This document shows positions 9,811 through 19,357 of a stretch of 64,000 nt of DNA, piece by piece; positions within the stretch are counted from its first letter, which is position 1, and each line of letters opens with the position of its first letter. Both the position numbers and the translations under genes were made by a program. The stretch is from the IMG/VR virus record IMGVR_UViG_3300032753_000003, positions 1 through 64,000 of that record; one strand, given 5' to 3'. The notes under the pieces were generated by a model. It did no database searches and had not been told where the DNA came from. It saw nothing but the letters and a program-made list of their open reading frames with translations. Origin of the DNA: a virus.

Positions 9811-10623
9811 ATGATCAAGAAGTTGTTATTGTTATCGTTGTTTGCATTATTGCCTACACTGGCAATAGCTTGGGATCAAAAACCATTACTGCCGCTTAAT
9901 GCATGTTCTGCACAGATACCATATGGAATACCAGTATCCTCTAATCAAAATATGCCTGTTATTTGTAGATCTGCATATATTTTACAATATAATCAGTTAG
10001 CTAAACTCCCTATATGGGTATCGTATACATTAACACCTGAACACGCTATAGGTTGCTTGCCTAGGAGTAATGCGTTTGAAACTGACAGAAGTATTCAAAA
10101 TAGTGCCACTCCACAAGATTTTGATGCAAGCGGATATGATAAAGGACATATTGCTCCGGATGGCGATATGAGTTGGAATTCACAAGTTGAGCTAGAGAGT
10201 TTTTTGATGACTAATATGACAGCTCAACTTCCAGGCCTAAATAGAGCAACTTGGAAATTGCTAGAAACATCTATTAGAGATTGGGCATTTCAACTTAACC
10301 AGCCATTTACCATATATGCAGGGCCAATATACAACAATACAGATAAAACTATCGGAAATGGGGTTGTCGTACCACATGCATTTTATAAGATAGTAATTAA
10401 TGATATTACCGGAGAAGTAGCAGGATGGATTTTTCCTCAAGCTAATAATTTGGGAACCGATCTAACTAGATTTAGAGTTTCTGTAGTTCAAATAGAGCAG
10501 GCAGTTGGCATTAAATTTCAATTTCCAAACAATGCAAGAGAATTAAACCAAAACCAAATGTGGCCTATTGATTTTGGAAAAATGACAGAAGCTAAACGTC
10601 AAATTTGTCATATTAATCAATAA
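9811..10623 (+). CDS. DNA/RNA non-specific endonuclease (NucA/EndoG type) with signal peptide
   Basis: YDKGHIAP, NMTAQ...LNR..WK.LE, KIVI motifs; MIKKLLLL...AIA signal peptide. Confidence 0.92.
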   Translation: MIKKLLLLSLFALLPTLAIAWDQKPLLPLNACSAQIPYGIPVSSNQNMPVICRSAYILQYNQLAKLPIWVSYTLTPEHAIGCLPRSNAFETDRSIQNSATPQDFDASGYDKGHIAPDGDMSWNSQVELESFLMTNMTAQLPGLNRATWKLLETSIRDWAFQLNQPFTIYAGPIYNNTDKTIGNGVVVPHAFYKIVINDITGEVAGWIFPQANNLGTDLTRFRVSVVQIEQAVGIKFQFPNNARELNQNQMWPIDFGKMTEAKRQICHINQ

Positions 10624-11404
10624 TCTTCTTATGCTTACATTTATCAAAATGCCAACGTTTTGAATTACTAGAATCACTAACATTTCCGCAATGCGGACAT
10701 GTTAGTTTTTCTCTTGCTTTCTTATGTGGGCCAGTTTTAACTCTCATTTTTGCCAAAGACTCTTCAGTATGTTTTTTACCTAGCATGGTACCGGGTTTGC
10801 CGTATCTATGATTATTTTCTCCTATAGATGCAGCCGATTGTTTGGCTCTAATTTCTTTTGATCGCTCGTTACCGTATATTTCATCAAATGTTAATCCTAG
10901 ACGTTCTTCTTTGTGAGGAAATCGTCGTTGTTTTTTTGGATTTTTATTTTTCCATTTTTCTCGCATTGTATTTTTAAATTTTGATATCTTTTGTTTTGCT
11001 TTTTCTTCACCATATAATTCTTTGTAAGTTTTACCTTTATTAATAGATTTTTGACCTTTATATCTTGCGCTTGCTGCTCGTCTTTCTTCGTCTGTTACAA
11101 CTCGCCCAGCGCCTCCGTCTCCGCCTTTTGTCTGGTTATAGCCTTGTTCATAGCTATTATATAATTCTATATAAAATGGTTCCATTATATTTTTGCAGTA
11201 ATCTTTATCTGTAGATTCAAATATAATTTCTGTTGTAAATTTATCCCATCCATATTTTCTTATTGCTGCTTTAAGTCCTCTTAATTTAGTATTTGCTGGC
11301 AACTTTCTATGTTCTGAAATTCTTCGAAAATAATTTCCAGTAAATCCAATATATATTTTATTATTAACTGTATTTGTTATTTTATAAATGTAATATATTT
11401 TCAT
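10613..11404 (-). mobile_element. GIY-YIG homing endonuclease with NUMOD3 repeats and C-terminal Zn finger
   Basis: YIYKITNTVNNKIYIG, GYNQTKGGDG, GKKHTEES, CPHC; upstream AATAAATA promoter. Confidence 0.9.
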
Positions 11405-11480
11405 AGTTTACCTTAAAATAATATGTAAACTATTTATTAATAAATTGCGGTATTTGGATTTATTTCAACAGAACTATTCA

Positions 11481-12317
11481 TTAGCTGAGAGAGTTAATAT
11501 ATTTCCTAATAGGATCATCTAGGTCTCGGTTGATCCTCTTGATGCTATATAGATGTCTACCAGGGAAAGGCACTTTATTGTAAACCCAATTATTAGGCTG
11601 CCAGAACACAACATCTTTATTGGCTCTGACGTCGTCTACATCTTGGGTATTATCTACATAGTGATTTTTGTGATGGAAACAACAATAGGGATGGCCAAAA
11701 GGCTGTCCCTTTGCTAAATGATGTCCTAATGTAGCAAAATAAACTTCTTCGCATGCATAAGGCCACAGCATCTGCATTATATCATAATGTGCTGCAGTCC
11801 ACTGATACATTTTTTCAAATAGCTCTCGTTTCCACCAATGACCTTCTATGAGATTTCCCACATAGTTACGAGGATCGCTGCCATCAAATAGGTCTTGAAA
11901 TATTCGATTGGTGTAGCTAACTTGAAACGGAGGCCAAATGCTAACCCTGGGCTGAGTGTCTTGATCAAACCACAAACTATATGCATAGTTCTTTATGTAA
12001 TCTTCCATACCCGGTTTGATAAACATTTCGCTAGTATGCAATACACAAACATAATCAAAGTCAATGTTATTGTCTACAGCATGCTTGTAGTTGGTAAAAT
12101 GCAAAGGTACATGACTGGTTTGACTGTGTACTGTAGCAAATTGAATTGGATTAATCAGCACATCCGGTGTATTGCCTATGCTGTAATCAAAATCTTTGAA
12201 GTTTGCAGACACATGGAGAACAAATACACAATTTGGATTGTATTTCCTAGCATTAGCTAGAGTATCTCGTATGTTATCATTATTTTCGTGAACTGGGGTG
12301 CTAAAAAGAATAGTCAT
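11481..12317 (-). CDS. putative GT-A-like glycosyltransferase
   Basis: N-terminal PVHE...FVLHVS and FDYVCVLHTSEMF patterns; weak. Confidence 0.4.
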   Translation of the reverse strand: MTILFSTPVHENNDNIRDTLANARKYNPNCVFVLHVSANFKDFDYSIGNTPDVLINPIQFATVHSQTSHVPLHFTNYKHAVDNNIDFDYVCVLHTSEMFIKPGMEDYIKNYAYSLWFDQDTQPRVSIWPPFQVSYTNRIFQDLFDGSDPRNYVGNLIEGHWWKRELFEKMYQWTAAHYDIMQMLWPYACEEVYFATLGHHLAKGQPFGHPYCCFHHKNHYVDNTQDVDDVRANKDVVFWQPNNWVYNKVPFPGRHLYSIKRINRDLDDPIRKYINSLS

Positions 12318-12354
12318 AACTGCATTTTATCTATAGCTATGACTATATGCAATA

Positions 12355-12885
12355 TCAAGACGGCATATTGTAAGTCTGTTGGAATTCAGCATTGGCAATT
12401 CTATAATAACTGTTGTTGTCGTTTACCAAGAAATCACCTGGCTTGATTGCCATTGCCTCTCCCCAAGATGCTATGAAGTTTACGGCCGTAGTTCCGTTAT
12501 ATTGTGCTACAAGTCTTGGGCTTTGCTCCGGTGTAACAGTCTGCCCAACCGTACCAATATATAATTTTGAAAACTTAGCAGCATCTATAACATAATTTTC
12601 TCGGCTAGGCCCGCTCATAATGATATCGCCAGGTTGAGCCATTCTAGTAGTTTCGAAGCCGTCTGATGTATATGTAGTAACAGGTTGTAGTACTTGATTT
12701 TGCATATAGCTCAGAGCAGGCATAGATCCAAGTTGACCATTTTCTACATACTGATACTGTAGGTTTTTCTTAGTCACTGGTGTAAAATTAAGGTCAGCAG
12801 CAATTTTTTCGATATCTGATTGCTCTATGGAATTATTTTTTGATACAGCCATGTAAAAGCCAACATCACTTGAACCAGTATTCAT
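12355..12885 (-). CDS. PGDYG-like protein
   Basis: Duplicated AQPGDIIM / IKPGDFLV motifs. Confidence 0.55.
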   Translation of the reverse strand: MNTGSSDVGFYMAVSKNNSIEQSDIEKIAADLNFTPVTKKNLQYQYVENGQLGSMPALSYMQNQVLQPVTTYTSDGFETTRMAQPGDIIMSGPSRENYVIDAAKFSKLYIGTVGQTVTPEQSPRLVAQYNGTTAVNFIASWGEAMAIKPGDFLVNDNNSYYRIANAEFQQTYNMPS

Positions 12886-12930
12886 TTTTATCTCCTATTG
12901 TCGAGTGTATTATATTCTATGCTCGATTTG

Positions 12931-14385
12931 TCAATCTGGTTTCTTTGCTGTTCGTTTTTGTCTCGTGCTCTTTATGACATTTTTCAATGCATCAATAGAT
13001 AGCTGCCCAGTTGCATATTGCGCAAAATATTTCACGGTGTCGCTATCAGTTTTAACAGCTGATGCTAGTAGTTTGTATAACTTCTTAGCATATTCTGCCT
13101 TCTCGGCTTCTGGATCAGATGCAATAGCTATAGCTCTAACATATCTCAACATGGTGTTAATTATCTTGTTTTTATTTTCAAAATAATTGCCGCCAGCCGA
13201 ACGGAACTCTATATATTTTTCTTTCATATTGATAGATAGATATCTATCATATCCTGGATCTATGATGCGTTTTATAGCGTTATGTGCTAGGCTATTGATA
13301 CCTGCTTTGAGCGTTTTTATGTCTTTTTCTAAATCGCGATTGCGGATAGATTGCCGAGCTTTGGCAGTGTTTATCATCCAGTCAAGTGTGCTTTGTGCAT
13401 AGCTGTTGGCAGCGCGACCAAATGCTTGCAACACATGGTTATCACCAAGGAACAATATCAACTTGATTTTGTCTATGTTTTCGGTGCTTTGACTGGGTAG
13501 ACTAACCCCAACATGGAACCCACAAGATTGATTGGCAGTTATATTAGAAGATTCAGCCCAATCCCAAAATTTATCAAATGCTTCAAATGCTTGAGGTAAC
13601 TTCATTGGTGGTGATATTAATTCTACACCTCCACTACCCTCTCCAGACTCTATACTGCTATCTGGTTCAAATATCCAAAGTCCTGGTTGACGTTTAACAG
13701 AGTGATATTCTCTACCAACAGTAGATTTAAATCCAGTGTGTTGAACAAAGTCTTGTTCAAGATCTTCGTATGTTAACGAACCTCCGGTATTAAATGTGAT
13801 GTAGGGCCAAGTGATGTTATATTTCTCAGCAAAATCTTTAACAGTTTCGATGCCCTTATAACGCAAAAATTCGTCAAACAAATCAACGGTATTATAGTAA
13901 ATGCTTCTAACAGCGTCTAGCGCAGCCTCATATGTTGTATCTTGTGCATCTATTGCATCAGCTATTTCGTCTTCATCATTAGTGCCTAGGGCCTTGCCTA
14001 TTTCTTTGCGAAGTAATTCTCCGCCTTTGCCACCGTGTATATAATTGTAAAACTCTTCTTCAAGATAATCTAGGTATTCTTCATCCAATTTACCCAACCT
14101 AACTTCTATCCACCTACGGTTATCTGGCATGTCGCCGCTGGTGAGGAATTCAAAAACTTTCTCGTAATAATTTTTAGTTGGAAACGAGAAATCTTTACTG
14201 TAATCTGGTGCCCAATCAGTGTCGTTATGTTTTTCTAAATCGGGAACTACCATTTCGGCTTCAAAGCCCAATGACATATTTTGAGCTAATGGCGTCTTGG
14301 CAAAATCTTCAAGAGCACCCGGGCTCATACTGACTTCGGCTAGTTCTGCTGTATTTGAATGGTTGGTAAATTCTATTGCACGCAT
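12931..14385 (-). CDS. putative amidoligase (Amidoligase_2, COOH-NH2 ligase fold) with MRAIEF leader
   Basis: GFEAE, EPDSSI, GVELISPP, SCGFHV, SIN, IEFRSAGG. Confidence 0.75.
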   Translation of the reverse strand: MRAIEFTNHSNTAELAEVSMSPGALEDFAKTPLAQNMSLGFEAEMVVPDLEKHNDTDWAPDYSKDFSFPTKNYYEKVFEFLTSGDMPDNRRWIEVRLGKLDEEYLDYLEEEFYNYIHGGKGGELLRKEIGKALGTNDEDEIADAIDAQDTTYEAALDAVRSIYYNTVDLFDEFLRYKGIETVKDFAEKYNITWPYITFNTGGSLTYEDLEQDFVQHTGFKSTVGREYHSVKRQPGLWIFEPDSSIESGEGSGGVELISPPMKLPQAFEAFDKFWDWAESSNITANQSCGFHVGVSLPSQSTENIDKIKLILFLGDNHVLQAFGRAANSYAQSTLDWMINTAKARQSIRNRDLEKDIKTLKAGINSLAHNAIKRIIDPGYDRYLSINMKEKYIEFRSAGGNYFENKNKIINTMLRYVRAIAIASDPEAEKAEYAKKLYKLLASAVKTDSDTVKYFAQYATGQLSIDALKNVIKSTRQKRTAKKPD

Positions 14386-14392
14386 CTATTAT

Positions 14393-14920
14393 TTATTGAT
14401 GCATTGCGTCCTTTAGCATAACCTTAAGTTCATCTAAACTGTTTTCGTCAGATTGAAACTTTATGCCAATACCGCCGTGTTGTCGCCACAAGCGTATGTT
14501 AACGCCGAAATCATCTATGAGAATATTGGGAGTACCATTTGATTGTGTAGCATAGATATATTTGTCGTGCTCGAATATTCGTCCACTATCTGGAACAGTG
14601 ATGTGCTTGTTGAGCCACTGCTGCTTGCCTCTAATGCTACCTTCTTTATCAAAATTGAGAGGACTACTCAATATCTTATAGCTGCCAAACATATCTACTA
14701 CCATCTGCAGCAATTTATTAGCAGTTGGAAATACAGGTAAGCTGGCAAACAAATGTTCGGCATTGGTATTCTGTAAGAAACTTTCCCATTCTGATTTAGT
14801 CATCATGTTGTAATGTTCTACATCATGTAATTCTGCTACATGGCCAAACAGGTTTGCCAAAACTCCATCGAGATCGATGTAAACTATTAGACGGTGTATG
14901 TTAATTTCTGCTGCCCTCAT
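14393..14920 (-). CDS. HAD-family 5'(3')-deoxyribonucleotidase-like
   Basis: YIDLDGVLA, LSSP, GKQQWL, LIDD. Confidence 0.85.
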   Translation of the reverse strand: MRAAEINIHRLIVYIDLDGVLANLFGHVAELHDVEHYNMMTKSEWESFLQNTNAEHLFASLPVFPTANKLLQMVVDMFGSYKILSSPLNFDKEGSIRGKQQWLNKHITVPDSGRIFEHDKYIYATQSNGTPNILIDDFGVNIRLWRQHGGIGIKFQSDENSLDELKVMLKDAMHQ

Positions 14921-14950
14921 TAAAAATGGTAACCTTTCAATCCTTAATTA

Positions 14951-14979
14951 AGTTTACAGCTATATGTAAACTCTGTCAA
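14951..14979 (-). promoter_or_regulatory. sigma70-type promoter
   Basis: TTGACA-N17-TAAACT. Confidence 0.7.
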
Positions 14980-15431
14980 CTGGTTCGTTTGAAGTAATAG
15001 AACTTGTCTATTCCGTCAACACCAGAACATTCAAATTCAAAACCCGATATAAATTTACCTAAATTTTGGGCAATTCTATCGTATAGTTTTATTCTACTGG
15101 GTTCTGCAGTTTTACCCGTAAAAGTTAACGCATCAACTGTAACTTTGGTTTTGCTAAGGAATTCCTTAACTATTGCTGCAACCGTAGCAAATATTTTGAA
15201 TGCATCGCCCTTGCCTGTAGCTGCGGTTTTTATACCGTGTGGTGTTTGCTCAGCAAATGCTACTTCCACTCTCGTGTTGCCAGCTGATAGTTTTTCTAAT
15301 GCTAGGCTTACTACCATTTTGGTTCCAGAATCAGTTATGAATATGTATTGACTACCTTCTGATGTTTTTTTGGCTAACATATAACGGTAGGGTTGATCAG
15401 TTACTTCGTTTAACAATTCGATCAATTTCAT
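14976..15431 (-). CDS. hypothetical protein with MKLIEL leader
   Basis: Start reassigned to 15431 (ATGA overlap with upstream stop). Confidence 0.65.
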   Translation of the reverse strand: MKLIELLNEVTDQPYRYMLAKKTSEGSQYIFITDSGTKMVVSLALEKLSAGNTRVEVAFAEQTPHGIKTAATGKGDAFKIFATVAAIVKEFLSKTKVTVDALTFTGKTAEPSRIKLYDRIAQNLGKFISGFEFECSGVDGIDKFYYFKRTS

Positions 15432-15973
15432 TTGCCAGCCTTTGCTTTGCCTCTGCGCATGTTTAGTTGCCAACGTGCCAATTGACCTTTGCGTCCAGGT
15501 GCCTTGGCTGCCTTCTCTAACTGTGCTATAGTAGCGTGCTTGGGTATACCATGTCGCTGGCTGTCACCTGGACGGCCTGGACCTTTACCATCTGCAAAGT
15601 TCTCTTCAACGCTTTCTTTGGGCACGCAGTTGTTCACCCGCACACCATTCTTGAGCTTAGTACCCTGCTTCTTATAGCCAGACCAGCACTTGCGGTCTAA
15701 ACGTTGCTTGGTTTCGGCAACCTTACCATCTGCAAAGTTCTCATCGACCTTGTTTGACTGTTTGTAATACCACAAATCCTTGCTGAGATTTTTTAATGCT
15801 GTATCGCGTGCTATCCTAAACTTTTTAGAATTTGGCAGTTCTGCCTTAATACCTTTTTTCAGTTCTATTTCAACCATCATGAGGCTGCATTTGTACTTTT
15901 CGGCTAGATCGCCTACAGTTGGTATCTTGTGTTTGACTATATTACTATCTTCTTTTATATCATGTAGACGCAT
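15428..15973 (-). CDS. modular hypothetical protein (MRLHDI leader, CWSGY module, duplicated ENFADGK)
   Basis: Modules separated by xxE sites; 20-bp nucleotide repeat encoding ENFADGK. Confidence 0.65.
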   Translation of the reverse strand: MRLHDIKEDSNIVKHKIPTVGDLAEKYKCSLMMVEIELKKGIKAELPNSKKFRIARDTALKNLSKDLWYYKQSNKVDENFADGKVAETKQRLDRKCWSGYKKQGTKLKNGVRVNNCVPKESVEENFADGKGPGRPGDSQRHGIPKHATIAQLEKAAKAPGRKGQLARWQLNMRRGKAKAGK

Positions 15974-15976
15974 TTA

Positions 15977-17737
15977 TTAAACCTCAAATACCTGTTGTAT
16001 ATAACCTGATCTTAGTTCAGGATGGAATGTTGTCAAAACATACTTGTATGAATCATCTATCTGTTGTACTTTAGCTATAGCTAGAGCAGCTGGCTGAGTA
16101 CGGAATCGTACAACAAATGATTCTGAGCCAAGACCTGCTATCTTGTCTTTGTATTGCCTAACTGCCTTTGTTATGAGTTCAGACATTACAGTATTTGATA
16201 GTCCGCGTTCGTGCATCCTATCTACAAAATGTTTACTGATCTCTAATGGACCGTCTGGCATGATACCGTATTTGATGACTTTGTTAATTGGTTTTAACGA
16301 TTCGTTAACACGTTTAAACTCGTTCTTGTTTTGAACAGCACGATATTGTGCGGCCCTGGCCATCTTCTCTCGCTGTTCAGGTGTCTTGCCTGCAAACTTT
16401 GGGTGTGTGCTGGCTTTAAACACTGCAATCCATCGTTCAACAGGATCTGCGCTGGTTAATTTTTTGTTTTGTTCTAAAAGCCCCTCTGCTTTCATACTTT
16501 TCATAATAATTTCTAATTCTGGCCAATTGACATTCAGTCTTTTCAACAAATATAATATGCTTTTTACTATGAAACTTCTGTCAATTAAATTTTTGAGCAA
16601 TAATTTTATTATGTTGGTTTTATTATTTTCTATTATTATTTTTAGCTCAGGCCAATCAAACCCTAAGAATAACAGCAATGAAATAGTAGATATCCTTAAA
16701 TGAACAACACTTAACCCAATTTTTAATTTATTGAGGTCGTCTAACATTTCTAATTTGTATCTGTTAACTAACTTTTTAAATTCATCAGAATTATTATCTA
16801 CAGATAATATTTTCTTAGCATCGGGACTGTTTGGATTTAGTTTTAAGACCTTGATTATATAATCTTTTATCAATCCGGGACCATGAAACCGATCTAAAAG
16901 GTTTCCATAACTACTACCAGCTTCCTTTACTTTTATTTTTTTATTAATATTTCCTAATTTGTTTTTTTGATTTATATTCTCTTTGATTTCGTTTAAATTT
17001 AAGTGTTCGATGCTGTTCAGTACAGTATCAACTTCTGTCCACTTGCAGTCTAAATCTTTTAAACGATTTGATACAGAATATGCCAACGGTATATTTTCCA
17101 TTTTGATCAAAGTTAATATATATTTGATGATATCGTGTTTGTATTCCGTTAAGATATAATCTACTGCTTGCTTAGGAAGATTTGAGAATTTAAATTTGTC
17201 TCTTAAGAATTCCAATGCTTTGATGAACTCGCCAACTTTAATAAATTGATCAAATTTGTTAATGGTACTTTCATATCTATCGGGATCAAATCCTCTTTGA
17301 TTCTCTAGCCAAATGTTTTCTTCTAGATTGTCATAGTTTAGTTGTTCCAAAACATCGTCGTCTGTCTGCGCTCTTTCTGTGTCAATACTTTTTTTGATAA
17401 TGACAAGTTCTGGCCAATCTATACCCAACATTGTCAACGCCCTAACAGCCGGAGATACCACATACAACATGTTACCTGTTGGTAGAGTTTTTATACACGT
17501 TAATAGATGTTTTAGAATCTCACTTTTTCTTTTGTTGATTTCATCAATTAACAAACGTTTGTGTTTATCAACCAAAGCCTTTTCTCGAAAGACTGCATAA
17601 GTGATTTGATCAAGAGCACTGTCAATATATCTTGGATGATTTTGAAGATCGTCAACTATCCTATCTATGATTTGATCATCCTCAGTTAAGGTGTTGACAG
17701 CAGGAGTGGCTTCAGATATAATTTCTTTACAAAACAT
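15977..17737 (-). CDS. modular protein with four DWPEL-type repeats
   Basis: Start reassigned to MFCKEIISE at 17737 (ATAAATA-N4-ATG). Confidence 0.7.
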   Translation of the reverse strand: MFCKEIISEATPAVNTLTEDDQIIDRIVDDLQNHPRYIDSALDQITYAVFREKALVDKHKRLLIDEINKRKSEILKHLLTCIKTLPTGNMLYVVSPAVRALTMLGIDWPELVIIKKSIDTERAQTDDDVLEQLNYDNLEENIWLENQRGFDPDRYESTINKFDQFIKVGEFIKALEFLRDKFKFSNLPKQAVDYILTEYKHDIIKYILTLIKMENIPLAYSVSNRLKDLDCKWTEVDTVLNSIEHLNLNEIKENINQKNKLGNINKKIKVKEAGSSYGNLLDRFHGPGLIKDYIIKVLKLNPNSPDAKKILSVDNNSDEFKKLVNRYKLEMLDDLNKLKIGLSVVHLRISTISLLLFLGFDWPELKIIIENNKTNIIKLLLKNLIDRSFIVKSILYLLKRLNVNWPELEIIMKSMKAEGLLEQNKKLTSADPVERWIAVFKASTHPKFAGKTPEQREKMARAAQYRAVQNKNEFKRVNESLKPINKVIKYGIMPDGPLEISKHFVDRMHERGLSNTVMSELITKAVRQYKDKIAGLGSESFVVRFRTQPAALAIAKVQQIDDSYKYVLTTFHPELRSGYIQQVFEV

Positions 17738-17783
17738 GAAATATTTATTAGATTTCATCTAACAAAAATTTCATAAATAAATT

Positions 17784-17849
17784 TAAGATGTAGCTCAGGA
17801 TAGAGCGGCTGCTTGCAGTGGGTCATGGGTGTAAGTCTCATCGTCTTAT
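17784..17849 (+). ncRNA. tRNA-like element lacking an anticodon loop
   Basis: Acceptor TAAGATG/CGTCTTA, D arm GCTC/GAGC, anticodon stem GCTGC/GCAGT closed by only TT, variable GGGTC, T arm ATGGG/CTCAT. Confidence 0.7.
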
Positions 17850-17879
17850 GTCAACGTAAACCTGTTAACATGAGGAGTA

Positions 17880-18260
17880 ATGCAAATGTCAAACCAATGG
17901 GGATATCACTTGATTATCAATGCAGCCGGCGCTGATATGAGTTCTATTAGTAGTCACGATAATATAAAAGCTTTCGCACGAGATCTAGTAAAAAGAATAG
18001 ACATGGTTCCTTTTGGAGAACCACAGACTGTTAGATTTGGAGAAGGCAATAAGGCAGGTATCACTCTGATACAACTAATTGAGACATCCAACATCATGTG
18101 CCACTTTGTAGAAGAAGATATGGGCGACGGCACTGGTAGTTACTATATGGATGTGTTTTCTTGCAAGACATTCAATCAGGAAGATGTTATCAAGTGCTGC
18201 GAGGAATATTTTGGTAAAACACGTAACTCTGTTACGTTTTTAACTCGCCACGCATTTTGA
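17880..18260 (+). CDS. speD: S-adenosylmethionine decarboxylase proenzyme
   Basis: GITLIQLIETSNIMCHF self-cleavage motif, DVFSCK. Confidence 0.85.
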   Translation: MQMSNQWGYHLIINAAGADMSSISSHDNIKAFARDLVKRIDMVPFGEPQTVRFGEGNKAGITLIQLIETSNIMCHFVEEDMGDGTGSYYMDVFSCKTFNQEDVIKCCEEYFGKTRNSVTFLTRHAF

Positions 18261-18266
18261 GAACAA

Positions 18267-18677
18267 TTATCTCTTTTTCAAGAGATCTGCAACTGTCTTT
18301 GATAGTTCTAGATCTCTTGGAGCATTTGGTAAGTCGCCCGCTTGTATCGGGCGATAGCTGAGTATCTCACCGCCGGAATATTCAAGTTCATTGCGCTCAA
18401 ATCTCTTTATAAAATCTTCAATTGGTGCAGGACCATCTGCATCAATCATTTTGTTATCTAATAATAGCACAGCATGTTGAGCTTTATCAGCACCATTTGG
18501 AACAGTGTGTCCAACTAGCACGTAAACTTCTCCGCCATATATTATCTGCAATGCTTGCGCAAATATAACACATCCGCCATCAAACGGTCCGCTGTCTATA
18601 GAGTTAACTAACAGATTATATATCTTGTTTTTGTTGCGCCAGTGCCATGCTTCGGATATTATATCTCGTGCTCTCAT
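18267..18677 (-). CDS. putative papain-like (Cys-His-Asp) enzyme with MRARDI leader
   Basis: DGGC...HAV...IDADG ordering. Confidence 0.5.
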   Translation of the reverse strand: MRARDIISEAWHWRNKNKIYNLLVNSIDSGPFDGGCVIFAQALQIIYGGEVYVLVGHTVPNGADKAQHAVLLLDNKMIDADGPAPIEDFIKRFERNELEYSGGEILSYRPIQAGDLPNAPRDLELSKTVADLLKKR

Positions 18678-18684
18678 GAGATAT

Positions 18685-19296
18685 TTATTGTATCCTATGA
18701 TAGAGACTTGTCTTGCGTTCTAACCAATTCAGCAATATACCATATGCAGGAAGTACCATAATGCTGCTAACTACCATTTTGATTAATATTTGATTGGTAG
18801 CTACAGTTAACCAATGTGCAGACATATATGAATTGCTGCTACCAGCAAATGCTGATCCCAAGAACACATATTGTGCAAACGCTACTGTTATTAGAGTACT
18901 GACTGTTGGGGCTGTCCACCATGCTGCCCACTTGTCTCTAGACCATTGGAATACAAATACATCTAAACTAGCAGCCAATATATATGTAAATCCACTAGCA
19001 GCACCCACTCTTAATGCTAGAGCCCAATCGGATACAGCCAAGAATACTATGGGAACACTGATAATAGAGCTTGGTATAAAACTGAGTAATATTACTTGTC
19101 TTGCTAATTTCTTACCCATAAATCTCACAGTTAGATCGCTGGCTAGATACACAAGAGGCGATGTTAATGTGCTACAAGTAATAACAATACCGGCTGCATT
19201 TAATTTGTAATTTACCAGCCAGTTGCTTAAACAGATGATAATGGTATGCAATATCATCAGTTTCACTATCAGTAGTTGGTTCAGTTTTTCTGTCAA
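18685..19296 (-). CDS. yhhQ: VUT-family queuosine-precursor (preQ0/preQ1) transporter
   Basis: Six TM segments; SNWLV, ASDLTVRFMGKKLAR, LDVFVFQ, WWTAP..ST, P.YG.LL motifs. Confidence 0.8.
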   Translation of the reverse strand: MTEKLNQLLIVKLMILHTIIICLSNWLVNYKLNAAGIVITCSTLTSPLVYLASDLTVRFMGKKLARQVILLSFIPSSIISVPIVFLAVSDWALALRVGAASGFTYILAASLDVFVFQWSRDKWAAWWTAPTVSTLITVAFAQYVFLGSAFAGSSNSYMSAHWLTVATNQILIKMVVSSIMVLPAYGILLNWLERKTSLYHRIQ

Positions 19297-19357
19297 GACG
19301 CTAGATCCACTTAAAAGTTTACTTTAAGTTAATCGATCAAACCAGTCAAAGTCTAGT

